NCBI GenBank assembly: GCA_002104905.1
Contig: MCFE01000146.1
Span: 1 to 64,000, forward strand
Length of the DNA stretch: 64,000 nt
Source of the DNA: Basidiobolus meristosporus CBS 931.73
Taxonomy: Eukaryota; Fungi; Basidiobolomycota
Direction: 5' to 3'
The position numbers and the translations under genes are program-made. The notes under the pieces were generated by a model. That model ran no database searches and had not been told where the DNA came from. It worked only from the letters and a program-made list of their open reading frames with translations. Each line of letters begins with the position of its first letter. Positions within the stretch are counted from its first letter, which is position 1. Below are positions 12,753-25,924 of this stretch, piece after piece.

Positions 12753-15700
12753 CTAGAAAGTCTACGAAGAAGGGTTATTGCCCATTCTCATGGAACCGCC
12801 AACACGAAACCAGTTACCTCGTCTTGATTCGGGCATTCGTCGGTCCAGTGAAGATCGAATTCTTCACAGTTATCGCAATACTTTACAGAACCACTCGGTC
12901 AGAAGCTAATCCGTATTCAACATGACTCTGGAGCACTTACCATCCTGTCCGAATCACCTTCATACCCACCGTACCCGTTCATATCAATCGGATACATTGT
13001 GCAGGAAAGAATGTCATGGCCAACCGAGTCGCATAATTCACAGTATAGCTCCGCATCCTCATCGTCAGTTAAGGCCGCTGATAAAGAGCTGAATTTGGCC
13101 TTGGATGAGCCTGCACCTGGTTTCTCATCCAGACGCTTCTCTTCACCCTTAGGGCTGGTGGCTTCCGTGTGCGTATCCAGGTGCTCGACTTTCTTCTTGA
13201 GCTCAGTGATCTGCTCTTCCAGCTCTGCCTCGCGGAAGATCTTATGCTCCACTATGCTCTCCAGCTCGGCAATGTCCTTGGATTGCATCTCAATCTCTTT
13301 CTGCTTGGTGATCTCAAGATCAGTCATCCGCTTCTGAAGCTGCCGGATGTCGTCGCGGTACTGCTGCTTCATTTGGTTGATGATGGTTTGCTTTTCCGTA
13401 AGGACGCTGCGTAGACGGTTGACTTCAACATCGTCCGATTTGATCTCGTTTGCTTCATCCTCAGATTGGATCATCTCCTCCGAAGACGTGGGCAATATCA
13501 TGTCGCCCTCAAGCGATTCATTGTGGAGCCTCTCTACTTCATCCATTAACTTCAAGCACTCGGCCTCCATCTGTTTGTGGGCTTCCAAAAGACTGGCTTG
13601 CGCCTCCATCAAGGCGGAGTAATCCGACTGTAATCTTGTCTGCTGAGCCAATGATTGAGCATGTTCGGCCTTGAGCTCTTCGAACGATTGAAGGAGGGCG
13701 GCGTTGCCGTTGGCCTCATCTTGTGGAATGCCCTGCGACCCAGGCGCCGCGAGCTGTGAACGCAATGCCTCTATCTCAGATTTCAATTGAAGTATCTGCT
13801 CATCTTTCTCTTCCACAGCCTTCTCAAGCAATGAGGAATCTTCTTCAACGATAGCATGCAAGTCCTTGATGGTATCAGTAAGCTCGACGATTTCCGGATT
13901 ATCAATGCCTCGCTTACTAATCCCAGCGTCCTCATTGAGCAGCTTCTTGATGTTTTCCAGTTCGGCTTCTAGCTTACGCTTATCCGTGGCCCAGGTCTCT
14001 CGAGAAGAGAGCAGTTCTTGGTAAGAAGCCTGCGCGTGGCTAAGTTCCTCCTCCATTGTTGACACCTTGGAAGCAAGATCCTTTTGATGTTCGGTTAATT
14101 GCTGCTTCTCTTCCTCCAGAATTTTGGCTTTGCTTTGCAACTCTTCCAGCTCGGATAAGAGTCTTGTTTTCTCTTGATTGACTTGGTCCCCATTCTCTGC
14201 CTGACTTGCAGTCAGCCTATCTACTTCGGTCTTGAGCTTTTGAATCTCTTCTTTGCGCTTCCCGCTAGTAACTTGATAATTGTCAACGATTTCTTGGAGA
14301 GCATTGGTCTCATTTTTCAGCTCTTCCTCCCGAAGTTTGGCTTTCTCCAGCTCAAGTCTGAGAGCATCCGTCTCAGCTTCCAGTTCTCTTCCGGCCTCGA
14401 CAATGTTCTTGACTTGCTCCTGAAGTGAATGATTCTCTTCTTTAAGAGACTGAAGTTCTCGCTCATAGTGATCGAACGCTTCAGATCCGGCCGATCGCAG
14501 CTGATTTACCATCTGCTCTTGATCTTTGATAGTTCTCTCGTAATCCATCAACTGACTTTTGAGCGCGGATGCATCTGCTTGTTCTACAGCGGCGAGCTGC
14601 TCCTTGTATATCTGCATCCTCTCCGTCTCTTCCTGTTGAATTCTTGATATCGTTTCAACAAGCTGAGCCTTTTCTTTCTCGAAATCGGATTTCGTACGGT
14701 CGAGGCGAGCAGTGAGCTTGCCCACTTCGATGCTTTTATTCTCCAACTCCGTTTGCAGCGAGGCAATCAAATCTTGATTCGCCATTTCTCCTTCTCTTTG
14801 CAACTCCACCTTGGAGAGCCTCTCCCTGAGCTCCGACTCGGTGGCAGCTTTAAGCTTGAGCTCCATGTTGGCAGACTCGATGGCTTCTTGCAACTCTGCT
14901 ACCTGTGATACCTTACCGTCAAGCTCCTTGGCCAGCTTCTCCGTCGCCAAAGCTACCTCCGACTTGACCTGATTTTCGGATTCCAATAGGAGGCTTGCCT
15001 TCTCCTCCTTGACGAGATCAAGCTCTTTTAGATACAGGTCCACCTTGGTCTCCAGCTGAGTGATCAATTCCGATTGCTCGGACTTTTGAGTGGCCCATTG
15101 ATGCTCAAGGTCCTTCAATTGATCCACCTCCTTCTGGAGTTCATCGATCGGGAGTTGGGCAGTCTCGCTGGGGGCTTCGGCAGTCTCGTTTCGATTCTGT
15201 TGAGCCTCAAGTTTGAGGAATTTGGTTTCGGACTCCAGCATCTCGATCTGAAGCTGAAGGTTTTGGATTTTCGAATTCGCCTGCTCCAAGGAAAGCAACT
15301 CGCTCTTGCCGGAGGACTGGAAATCCTGCAAGGCGGCTTCTTCGTTGGCGGTCTCTGATGCCGGAGCGATGGCCCCGGAATGGACCGGTGAGTTGGATCT
15401 GGAGGGGGTTGGTGGGCCCTTCGGGGACGTTGGGGAAGGCGAGGGCGATGGAACGGAATAGCCAGGAGGCGATTTGGCGGAGCCATTTGTCTGGAGGGTC
15501 TTCAACGGAGGGAGGGACTTCCGGCTAGATTCTCGTTTACTCTCCAACGAAGCAGCGGCGGAATTGGGAGAGATCGGAGGGGCTGGAGACGAATTCACCT
15601 TTTTTAGTTGGGCAGCAGTCATACCAATATATCGCGAGGCCCTCGCACCAGTTACATTGGGAACTGGGTTTGTTGGGGATAAAAGTAACAACGATGATTT

Positions 15701-16628
15701 ATTGGTTGGTACGTCGGAGCTAGAAATGGAACTTGGAAGGGGGATGCCTCTTCTTTTAGAGACTGAAGGGGTGGTGTCTTTCACGGCCTCCTCTGTCGGG
15801 GCATCCTCGTGGGTGGGCTCCTCTTGAACCGGAGACTCGCCGGCTCGAACTCTCGTGAGTTTGTGTGCCAAAACAAACAACCCGGTCTTCGGGGGGCAAG
15901 TGAAGTATACAACCCTGTTGCACAAAACGGAGTGGTTCAGATTAGAATTCGCTGGGAAAGAAACAATCCAGAATAGAAAACAAACTGCACACGTACCCAT
16001 CCACGACGCCGTCGTTCTTTCCTGCTCCTTCAACATCCAACTCTATTCCAGCCCACGTTCCTGGCTTAAACTTGGTGGGCCCTAAGAATCTTAGGGTTCC
16101 GCTGATACCCATAGACTCGGCAGTAACCTTGTCGCCCACCTGGAATTGCCCCAATACGGCAGGAGAAGTGGGTCTTGGGAGTTGCTTCAAGGCACTAAGC
16201 CGCTTTGGAGACAACAACGCCGACCCGGTATGCTCAGTCCCCATAGCTGGTGAGGGAGCGTTCGATAGTGACGGCAGTTTGGAGGGGGGCTTGGGCGCTG
16301 GTGGTCTGGAAGAGGCTATGGGAGGTTTGTCGCCAGCCACTATATTGGGCGAACTGCTAACAGAAGAAGGCTTTGAGAGGCTTGGTTTACGGATACCGGA
16401 GCCACTTGAGATCCGCTTGTTGACTGCGTTCAAGGGTCCAGCAGGGGGGGGCGAGGGGGAAATTCGATCGGCGGACAAGGTCCCAGAGAAACGGCGACTC
16501 TCAGATGAAGCGTCGGAAGAAACTGACTCGCGGTCAGATGGGACATTGTTGCTCGTGGAAAGCCCAAAAGACTTGCGCTTAGTGGGAGGGGGCAAACCAG
16601 AGCCAGGCTTCGGTAACTTGGACATCAT
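12753..16628 (-). CDS. BIK1: CLIP-170/Bik1-like microtubule plus-end tracking protein (CAP-Gly, long coiled coil, two zinc knuckles, C-terminal DETF)
   Basis: CAP-Gly GKNDGVVDG|VVYFTCPPKTGLF split by intron 15996-15915. Introns 12940-12881 and 12817-12762 add exon YCDNCEEFDLHWTDECPNQDE and a 9-nt exon giving TF-stop. First knuckle YCELCDSVGHDILSC. Confidence 0.85.
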
Positions 16629-18085
16629 TACTTGGGGCCGCTCTATGAGGTCAATTCAACTTGGGCGAAGATAAAGAGGCTTGGTGGGGGCAAGAACAGT
16701 TCCTATTGGCAACGTAGAAGAAGCACGGTTGGAGGGGGAGTTTGTAAGGAAGAAAACTGGTCAAGGCCCTGAGAGGTGTAGCGTATTTTCAATAGAATGG
16801 CTGAAAACCTAGTTGAAGATGGTTCCTCAAGAAAGAAAACCTGCAATGATCAGTTGGTGGATAGGGTAGAGTGCGAACTAGAAAAACAGGGTGTTGTTTC
16901 CAAAAATCATGGTACGGTGTACAGGCAAGCAAATTCCAGTGATCAAAAAAGAGGGCAAACAGCTCCCAAATAATAGCGGTGGTATTCTTGTACTAGGCAA
17001 TATGATGCTATAATCTACTAAAGAGTATCATTAAATGTGATGTAAGGCATCACAGCCAGCCTACGGTAGGGACATTTCAATGGCTATCTTAATTGTTTAA
17101 TTATCATGCACTACTGGAGATATGTATATAATAAATGGCTGGGACCTTTATTTGGATTTGTGATTCAGTGAAATTGGATCAGGATTCCGGTAGAACCGGG
17201 AGCTTATGCATGAGCCAATACATCAAATTGCCCTCTGTTCAGAGCAACCACGGCGCCCCATAGCTCTCGTCGGCCAATATGTTGGAGATGCTGAGAGTAC
17301 AAATAATCCCATCCTCCGTTTTCCGTGATTGCAGATAGATTGCCGCTTGGATATAATGCACCCCCCATGATCCCTTTGTTGGGTAAGTTTAGCTTTTTGT
17401 GTTAAATCCATTTGGATTGGCACCACACACAGTGACGAACATAGATAAGGCCCTGTACCAGATCTGGCAATTATTTTAGCCGAGGAATGATGTCAAATAC
17501 ACATAACTTGGTTGCTGCCTCAGCCATGCAAAGACTACCCAGAGAGCACCATGACTAGCCGCCCATGAGCCGAGAGGACACTGTAGGCTTTTGGGATCGA
17601 GAGATAGACGCGGACTGTGTGGACTGTGTGGACTGTGTCTGAAGACTGGGTGACCTGGATTGGTGGGCTCCGTGGCTGCTAGTTCTGGCGAGCATAGTTC
17701 TCAAGCACCAACTAGAGTCTGCTGATCCCTCAGTTGAAACCCTTTGGCCCTTCGGATCTCCAAGTGGTTTGTACCAAATCTCTGCGCTATTATCAACCCT
17801 GCTGATTCGCCCCGGCCTCGCCAATAGGATGCGGCCAGTGAGGGACACAGTATCGGCTAGAATGGAATTTAAGCCGATGTGCTTCCATTTGAGGTTGCGG
17901 TTGCCAGATTAGTCCATCGTATTTTCCACTTCAAGCAACCAGAGTGTTTTCGTGAGATCCATTTTTTGGACTGGTTTTACAAGATTCGCAATTCATCCGA
18001 TGAGGCGAGCAGCAATGATGCTAACCTTATCAACGGTCTTTTTGGATTATGCCATCTTCATTCTCCTTCCTAGCGCATTTCCACC

Positions 18086-19111
18086 ATGACTCAAGATACC
18101 GAGGAGCTAGTTTTGGTCAAAGCCACCCACGACCAGGTGCTCACCACCTGGCACAATACCCACGTAGAGTGGGGCGTAAAGCTAGACCTGGAGCAGTACC
18201 TCAAGCGTGAAAAGCTTCTGGCCAATCAGGAATTCACCTCGGAAAACATAACCGTATGGGCACTGGTCAGCAAGGACGATCCCAGCAACTCACAACCCTT
18301 GGCTCACTGTGAGACTTTTCGTCGCCCCGTCGTCATCAAAAGCTCAGGGAAGGTGGGTGACATCCAAGAGCGCGATTGCTACAGTATCGCCACGGTGTTT
18401 TGCCCCGCCCATAATCGCGGCAAAGGGTACGCCAGCAAAATGATGAAGCTGCTCTACCAGGAATTGAAAGAAACCGGCGCCGCGGTGTCAAACCTTTACT
18501 CCGATGTGGGGCCCACCTTTTACGCTCGGCTCGGCTGGAAGATTTACCCTGCGCTCGAGGGCCAGCTTACCGCCAAGAATACGCCAAAGGGAAGCCAGCT
18601 ACCAGGTCAGGTGTCGTGGTTGACTGCCAACTCGATCGACGAGATTGCCGAAGAAGATTGCGACCTACTTAGAGAAGAGCTCAAGAACTCCACCACCGCT
18701 GCGGTTGTCGTCCTACCAAGACGTATTGACTACGATTGGCACTGGGCCAGAAGCCGTTTCTACGCTGGGGTGTATGACAGGCCTGTGCCAGATAACTTGG
18801 GCGCTCGCATTCAGAGCAAGGAAGCCTCGGAATTCGTCGTCTGGACCCATGATTTTAGAGACAATCAGCTTCTCGTGCTTAGACTTCGTAGCACCAGCAA
18901 GGAGGCCACCCGACTACTCCTCGAAGCGGCCAAAATCGAGGCCTCCAACATGGGCATCTCTCAAGTGGTTGTTTGGAATCTTCCAGCCGAGCACACTCCG
19001 GAAGGGGTGACCATCGTTGAGCGGGACAGCTCGCTACCTTCCATGGCGTTTTTCGAATTCCCTGACGAGGAGTACGAGTGGTTGGGTAACGAGAAGTACG
19101 CCTGGGTCTAA
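18086..19111 (+). CDS. GNAT-family N-acetyltransferase (fungal LYC1-like architecture)
   Basis: 341-aa ORF with acetyl-CoA binding motif A IATVFCPAHNRGKGYASKMM, then LYSDVGPTFYARLGW; C-terminal WLGNEKYAWV typical of this fungal group. Confidence 0.8.
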   Translation: MTQDTEELVLVKATHDQVLTTWHNTHVEWGVKLDLEQYLKREKLLANQEFTSENITVWALVSKDDPSNSQPLAHCETFRRPVVIKSSGKVGDIQERDCYSIATVFCPAHNRGKGYASKMMKLLYQELKETGAAVSNLYSDVGPTFYARLGWKIYPALEGQLTAKNTPKGSQLPGQVSWLTANSIDEIAEEDCDLLREELKNSTTAAVVVLPRRIDYDWHWARSRFYAGVYDRPVPDNLGARIQSKEASEFVVWTHDFRDNQLLVLRLRSTSKEATRLLLEAAKIEASNMGISQVVVWNLPAEHTPEGVTIVERDSSLPSMAFFEFPDEEYEWLGNEKYAWV

Positions 19112-19221
19112 TCACCAATAAATCACGGTTCATCACTGCTCATCACAGTACCTTTGAATTAGAATGGGGTCTTTTTATTTCGAGATCAATAGAAGGGTAG
19201 ATGTAGTGAGCCAGACATGAT

Positions 19222-20098
19222 TTAGTTCTTGGCGGCGCTGGCGTGTTGGGAGCTGAGTCTTCTCTTTCTGATCTCCTCCTTCTTCTCGCGTTGCTCCTTG
19301 ACACGTTGGGCAAGAAGCTTGGCGTATTCGGCAGCAGCCTCCTTGGAGGCTTGTGAGTTTTTGCGCTTGAGGGCAAGTCTGTGTCTCTTGCGTTGGAGGG
19401 TGAGGGGGGTGACAAGACGTTGGATCTTGGGGGCCTTGGTGTAAGGCTTCTTCTCGGCGTTCTTGGGTTGGATCTCACGACGAATGACGAACTTGCGAAC
19501 ATCATCTTCCTTTGTGAGATTGAACATCTTTCTAAGCTTGCTGGCTCTCTTGGGACCAAGACGCTTGGGAACAGTGGTGTCGGTCAATCCGGGGAGCTCT
19601 TGCTCGCCTTGCTTGACAATCACCAAAGAGAGGACGGAGAGGTCAGAGCCGACGATGCAACCGCGGACGGACTTTCTCTTGCGCTCACCGGTACGGCGGG
19701 GACGGTAGCAGGAGTGACCCTTGCTCAAGAGGAGACGGACACGGTGAGGAAGGAGAATACCTTGCTTCATGGGGAAACCTTGTTTGTCGTTACCACCGGT
19801 GATACGGAACACGTATCCCTTGAACTCATCACCAAGAGAATCTCCAGGAACCTCGGAGGACATACGTTTGTCGTAGAAGGCGCGGCTAAAAACCGAAGGG
19901 TGAGTCACGGGATGGATGTCTGGCGAATGCTTCGGGGTACTTACACCTTGCGTTCATCATCGATTTCGATGGTCTTTTGGCAGCCAGTGGCTGGGTTGGC
20001 GATATTCAACTAAAGAAGAGCACGGGAAATTGTCAATCCATGGTCAAGCATTTCACGAATGGATGTGGTGATGGTTGGATTGAAGTAACTACCTTCAT
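19222..20098 (-). CDS. RPS6: 40S ribosomal protein S6 (eS6), 3 exons
   Basis: MK|[22 protein letters not shown]|RAFYDKRMS...[13 protein letters not shown]...RRLSS. Introns 20092-20010 and 19944-19886. Confidence 0.97.
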
Positions 20099-20804
20099 GT
20101 TGGATGTGCAGGTACCCGCTGAACGTGTGTGAAAGAGAGTGAAAAAATCCCTGTACTCTCCTTTTTATTATCCGATCGAAGAATCCATTGCCGGGTATCC
20201 AATCACCGGGCGCCATTGGGGTCGGCCGGTTTTTTTGGTTTTTTTTCATTTGCCCACATTTCCATGATAGGTCGCTCTTATTTGGCGCGGTTTGCGCCGG
20301 ACTGAGGTTTCGCGCATGTCCGATCTGGCTAGTTGGTCGAATGGCTCATGGCACCTTGGGGGCCTCCTCGTGCGATGTGTGAGGGAACTCTAATCCGCCT
20401 TGTACGACGGTTTTCGGCCCCGCAGCGCAGGGAATTCCACGGCCAGACCCCCTCCGGAGTTCAATCCAGCCAAGACTGTCCGATCGGTGGAGGCCGGCAT
20501 CAGTAAATACAGTGGCTATACTTGGTTTGGGAGATCTCCGACATGAACCTTGCTTCGACAGAGGGCTAGACCGGGGCATGGTCGTGACTGAGGATCGGTA
20601 TGTCCCTCGGCCGCCTGCTCCCATACACGGGTTGCACCCACTCCCCGGCGCCCGACGACAATGCCACACTTGAGCCACGGCTCTTGAATATTATAGATTT
20701 GGTTGCGAATAATGGAGCATGGTGTTTGGGAAACAGGTCTCGGGTTTTTAATGATATTCAGAATGCTTGGACTATGTGGAATGGAAGGTCAACTATGTTG
20801 GGGT

Positions 20805-21228
20805 TTAGTTACGGGTGGGTTTGAGACTATCGAATTGGGCACGCTCAGCATATTCGCGCTCGACGTCATCGATGATGGGTTGAAGGTAGCGGATGTCTTC
20901 TTCAGGCTTGGTCCATTTGGACTTGGGGAGCTCTGTGTGGGACAAGGAGCATTGCATGGCGACGCGAAGGCGGTAGGCTCTGTCGTAGGCTTCTCTTTCG
21001 GGGAGACGTCTCAAGGCTTCTCTTACGATGTCGCTCTCTTCGGCAATGATATCGTCATAACGCAAGCCTGCAAAAACAACCGGGGTTAGGAGAAATCCAA
21101 GCAAACAAACACAGTCAGCTGCAAGTACCTAGGCGTCTGTAGCCAGCAGCATTAGCATAGGCATTTCCCAAAGGAACAAAGATCTTTTTAAGGAAGGAGC
21201 TATTCTTGATGTAGTTGGCTAAAGACAT
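20805..21228 (-). CDS. QCR7: Ubiquinol-cytochrome c reductase subunit 7 (UQCRB), 2 exons
   Basis: MSLANYIK...YANAAGYRRLG|LRYDDIIAEE...ALRRLP...DRAYRL...LPKSKWTKPEEDIRYLQP. Intron 21128-21068. Confidence 0.95.
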
Positions 21229-22025
21229 ATTCAACGGAGAGACTGCGGTGTGCCAGTGGTGGTAAACTTGACACCCACAACGCCGTGATGGTTTTAGAGA
21301 GCTGATTGTCTTACCCCAACCAAATGGATTTCCAGGAATTTATCAACGAATGGGGCCCCAAAATCCCAGCTCCCAATGCATCCTAGATTCATATTTGTGC
21401 AAATGTCATGAAACAGAGGAGCTTCGTGAGGATGTTTCACCTGGGTCACATGGAGCAGACCAATCCGAACATATGTCATTTTCTTCTAGCGTAAATTTAT
21501 ATTTTTGATGTAGCAAGAGCGAAGGGACCATTGCAATTGGCCGGGGATCCTTTCCACACGAATCAACTAAGTTCATATTTCCAATATTGTTTAAATCACG
21601 TCCCATGTAGGAACCTTCTACCTATGGTGGGTTGTGTCTCGCGCTTTGCAAGTGCTCGAAAACTGGTGTGCGGCTTATCAGGGGCTCGTTATGTTTATTG
21701 GCAAAATAATTTCCATGAATCATAGGTCCATGACTGGCATGCTGGCCAGGCTTGGTTTAGAATTGACAGCCTGGTGGTGTGGAAAATCTAAACTTTCAAG
21801 TTGGTAGATATGAAGGTCAGCAGTGTTGGCTTAATAGTACAAGGATATACCCGGTTGACACGAAAAAACGCAAGTAGAATACTCTTGATGCATTCCAACG
21901 GGTTGCCTACGGTACGATACTAGCTTGAAACAAGATACGTTTCAATGAGGTCTTGAGCAAAGAATCTGGGGAAGACCAGTCGGAACCTCCAAAATTTTGT
22001 GCTTCCCAGCTACCTTTCGTTCGAT

Positions 22026-25000
22026 CTATTCCGAACAACGTAACCCCTCATTCAGGAGTTTCAACTTTGATACGGTCTGATAGTCAAGAATTGAGTCAGA
22101 AACACAATGAATAGCTGTGTTCTCAATACACAATGGGCGTAGGTTTTTGGCCGTGATTATTTGAACCAGCTCTCCGGTTTCAATGTCCCGGATCTCGAGG
22201 AACGCCTGATCAAAAGCAACCACATACGGGAATTGGAGAGCTAAAGACGAAGTTTTAGTGAAGATACACCTTCTCTCAACACAGCTGAAGAACAAACCAA
22301 AAGCAGAAGGTGTTCCCTCCCAGTTAATAATAAAATTGGTCCGAGCCCTTCGGCCATTCTTATTCACATAAAAGGCGAACTCTGTTTTATGGAAGAACTC
22401 AGTAGGCTATCCCTTTAGTGGATGATAAATAAACATACCGTCATAACATAGAAGGAAGTCACCATCCCGGATTCTGAAAATACTTATGGGTCTGACATTT
22501 TCCCTCTTCAAGACAAAGCCAAGGTTGTCATCGGAGGGATCCAACAAAGCTGTGGCAAATTCAACGTGATTAATACTCAATGCTAACTTTGTTGATGGTC
22601 TTTGCCAAACCTTGAGTGTTTAGTGACTCCAGGTCAACAATCTCAAATCCCTTGGTACACCCAACGCAAAGCTTAGATCGCAGGAAGTGAACCGATGTAG
22701 ATTCGGTCGGAATATAGAATTCCTATAGATAGAGACGAATGAGTAACCAGCGCAACGAAATATTTGGTGGGATCTATCGCTGACCTTGTATATTTTCATG
22801 CCGTCACCTCCACCTCTGATCAGCAGCCTGCCCAGAGAGCTTTTCTTCTTTATAGTGTCAACAGGGATTGGTTCATACGTCTTGATTGTTGAAGACAATG
22901 CGGTGGACTTGACTACACAGACTAACGTTCTTCCTAAGCACATTCCAACTTTGAAGAAGCTTACATGTGAGCTTATTTTTCGTGCTCTCTTGATAGTAAC
23001 GGGTTCTGATGACTCTAATAACGCTAAAGGAAAAGTAACAAGGACTTTGTCTAAATCGTTGCAGCTACTTAGAACTACTTCAAGGTAATAGGCAAATGTT
23101 GGGATTTACCGGCCAGGACAAGCAAAACGCTATAACTTTCTAGCACTGATATCTGGGAAACTCTCTCGATATCGACGACCTTTTTGAAACTCTTATGTGA
23201 CCCTTCAGTTCCAATATATACACCATCGTCCGTGCCAATAACGATTGTTTTGCTGAAATCTGTAATGGTACTCCGTTAGGCTATCTTTTGTGACATCGAA
23301 CGAGATTCCACTTACCAATAGTCGCCGAACAGGTGACCTTGTTTGTGGTGAACGATATATCCGTTAAGATTTCCATATCGAACCTTTTCTTCTTCTCCAC
23401 AATCAACGTCTGTTGTTCCTCGATTTTTTCCTTCCACATCTGTAAATCTGCTTGACTTGCCGCATAAAGTGTATGGCTACCACCATTTTTTCCAAGGTGT
23501 ACAATGGTGAGAGGGTGACCTCCCTTTCCCATGTCTGTAATGTATTTTGGCGCTGCAGCCCCGGGAAGGTGGGGTTTCCCCAGAAATACAGCACTAGAAC
23601 GTCTTGTAGTTGCTCTTGGAATAACATCGTCTCCAGACGATAGTGAGAGAAGCTCTAATGGTATTGGCTGAATCAGGATTTAGTTAAAGATATCGGATGG
23701 TGCTATTTCGGGCTGATAACTTACCTTTTTGTGAATCTTGTATTCATAAAAATCTGAGTCCTTGGTTTTCTTTTTCTTCGTCAATAGTAGCATATGGTCA
23801 AATAAGAACATGGTCAGCTCCACTTGCTCTACGCCTGAGCGCTTTTTAATGGGTCCATCTCTGATGAGCTGGCGATATTCGTCAAGTAGTCGCAGGCTCT
23901 TAACTTTATGTTAGATGTGGAGTTGAAGGAGGGGGCGAGGCGAAGTAAACATGATACCTTAACATCATTATTTTTGGAGAACAGAGCATCATTTAGCTTA
24001 TTCAAACGGAGTCTGTTGTCTGCTCGACCTGTCTCGATGTTAACCTGTGAGAGTAGCTCTTTGATAGATTTAATTACGACAGGTAAATCGCGTGTATCTG
24101 GGTGGCCTTCAGGGGTGTGTTTAATGACGGCTTCAAGAAGGAGGGGGTAACGCCCTAGTCGTGTGGTTGGACGTCCCAAGAAGCTGTGAATTGGAAGTTT
24201 CCTAGACTCTGGTAAGCGTTCCCTTTCCTAAAATGCATCGGGTTAGATCTTTTTTCCAGTGCGCAATGAAGGGTAAGGTTTACCTCCAAGAATTTGGCCA
24301 GCCTGAAGTTACGTTTGGCTTCCAACTCCAGACAATATTTAGAATAGACCTGATGAGCACCATAGCTAACAAAAGGTTTGAAGTTTCCAATATGCTTTAG
24401 GAAGACATCCCCTATTCGCTCAACAACCGCCTTTTCATTTTGTCTTTTGATAAGGTCGTCGCTCAGTTTGGATCCAACTGAATACACTTCCATGACATTG
24501 TAGAACACTTCCCGACCAAAGTTCTCTCTTCTCGTCTCTTCTATAACACTCCCATACATTAAAGGTGCAATATAGAGCTGCAAAACCCACCAGTTCAATA
24601 CCAATGTACGAGAAATATGCTACGATAACTCGTACCTCGTTTAGGATCTCAAGATCTCGGACAAAATCTCTTTCTGTGTAGATGATTTCAAAAATGATTT
24701 CCTGTCGTTTTTGCTCTTCTTTTGAAACCATGTCAACAATTTCTTTTGGAACCGAACCGATCCAAAGATTCTGATTTTCCTGGATATGTTTGTTAAGACA
24801 GCCATGGAGGCATTAAGAATAGTACGCAGTGCCTATACCTGTTTTTCATGGAGTGAAGAGCGGCTCTCCGCCCGTGATAAGCCGGCACTAGGTGTCATGT
24901 TCAATCTTGCTTGCTAAACTCGAAATTAATGGTCAGGAAACAAAGACTTGATCCGGTACTCAAATACCTGTTCAAGTCGTCTAGGACACGCAATGCTATA

Positions 25001-25924
25001 GCAAAGCTTATCGCGTGTACATGTTGGGGAGTAGCAATCTGCAAGCAAAGTAAATACACCATTTACGGTAGAGCCGGGCTCCATACTCTGCAAGGTAGTT
25101 GGGAGTTGATTTGGTAAGCTTTCGTCAAATGAGGGAACCAACAGCTCGTCAAACTTGTATAATTCATTAATGCTATCCCGCAATCTATGCTCATAAGTAA
25201 CATCATGAAACATCTTTTGCGCGTCCAAGGCACGCCCAAGAAGTAAGGCCAGATTTCTGTCTCTGGTTCTAACAATATAGCAGATTATATCCTAAAGAAT
25301 CGTGTTAGTAGACAAGCCCTCATCGGGTAAAAGATTCGTTACATACCACTGCCTCACGCCCTGTAAAGCAATCCTTGTATTCCAAAGAATCCTTCATGTG
25401 ATTCTGTAAAACAATCTTTTCACGGAAAATCTCAGCCACCCTTGAGAGCAACGCTGGATAAATCAGGATCTTCTTTTTAGGAATATTCATGGCGTCATCA
25501 GTACGAGACATTCTTGCGAACTCTCCGTCAGAATTGCTTCTGGCACGGTGACCCCGTATCAAAGGGTGCAGTGTGCCGTCTTTTGATATGATAGAATTCA
25601 AGGCTTAGACAAAGATTCACTTGGATACTCAGTATTATTCAAACCTTGACCAATAAATTCCGAGGAGGCTCTATTTTGTGACTTGTTCTCGAGTAAATGG
25701 CTTGTACTTGCTATGGAGTCCCTTGAGGGGGAAAGCCCATACTCACTGAAATCCTCATTTGGGCTAAAGGGGGGTAGAGAATTACAAGCGTCAATAGTTA
25801 TCTCCAGGGATTCTGGGGTATTTGGCAAGTCGAGTGTTGTTTGGGGGTCTCCCATGTGAAAAGCGGTCAGCAAAGGAATGCGTGAGCCCTCTGTGACCGG
25901 ATAAGGCAGTGATTCGCTGGTCAT
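22026..25924 (-). CDS. ROM2: Rho1 guanine nucleotide exchange factor, ROM1/ROM2/Rgf type (DEP-DH-PH-CNH), many short introns
   Basis: DEP (KDCFTGREAV|DIICYIVRTRDRNLALLLGRALDAQKMFHDVTY), DH (EQKRQEIIFEIIYTERDFVRDL; FLGRPTTRLGRYPLLL), PH (LFDHMLLLTK; HTLYAASQADLQMWKEKI), CNH (WEGTPSAF|ALQFPYVVAFDQAFLEIRD). The start at 25924 is tentative; an upstream exon from ATG 26863 is possible. Confidence 0.85.

Noticed and set aside
16072-16674. 200-aa plus-strand ORF and other antisense ORFs over the CLIP-170 gene
   Set aside because: These are shadow ORFs opposite a well-supported low-complexity/coiled-coil CDS, with no motifs.
17555-17848. 97-aa ORF with TQSTQSTQS from a 9-bp x3 repeat (GGACTGTGT)
   Set aside because: It has a non-ATG start, low complexity and no splice support; only the short tandem repeat is real.
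19381-20013. 210-aa ORF antisense to RPS6
   Set aside because: This is the typical antisense open frame of a highly codon-biased ribosomal protein gene.
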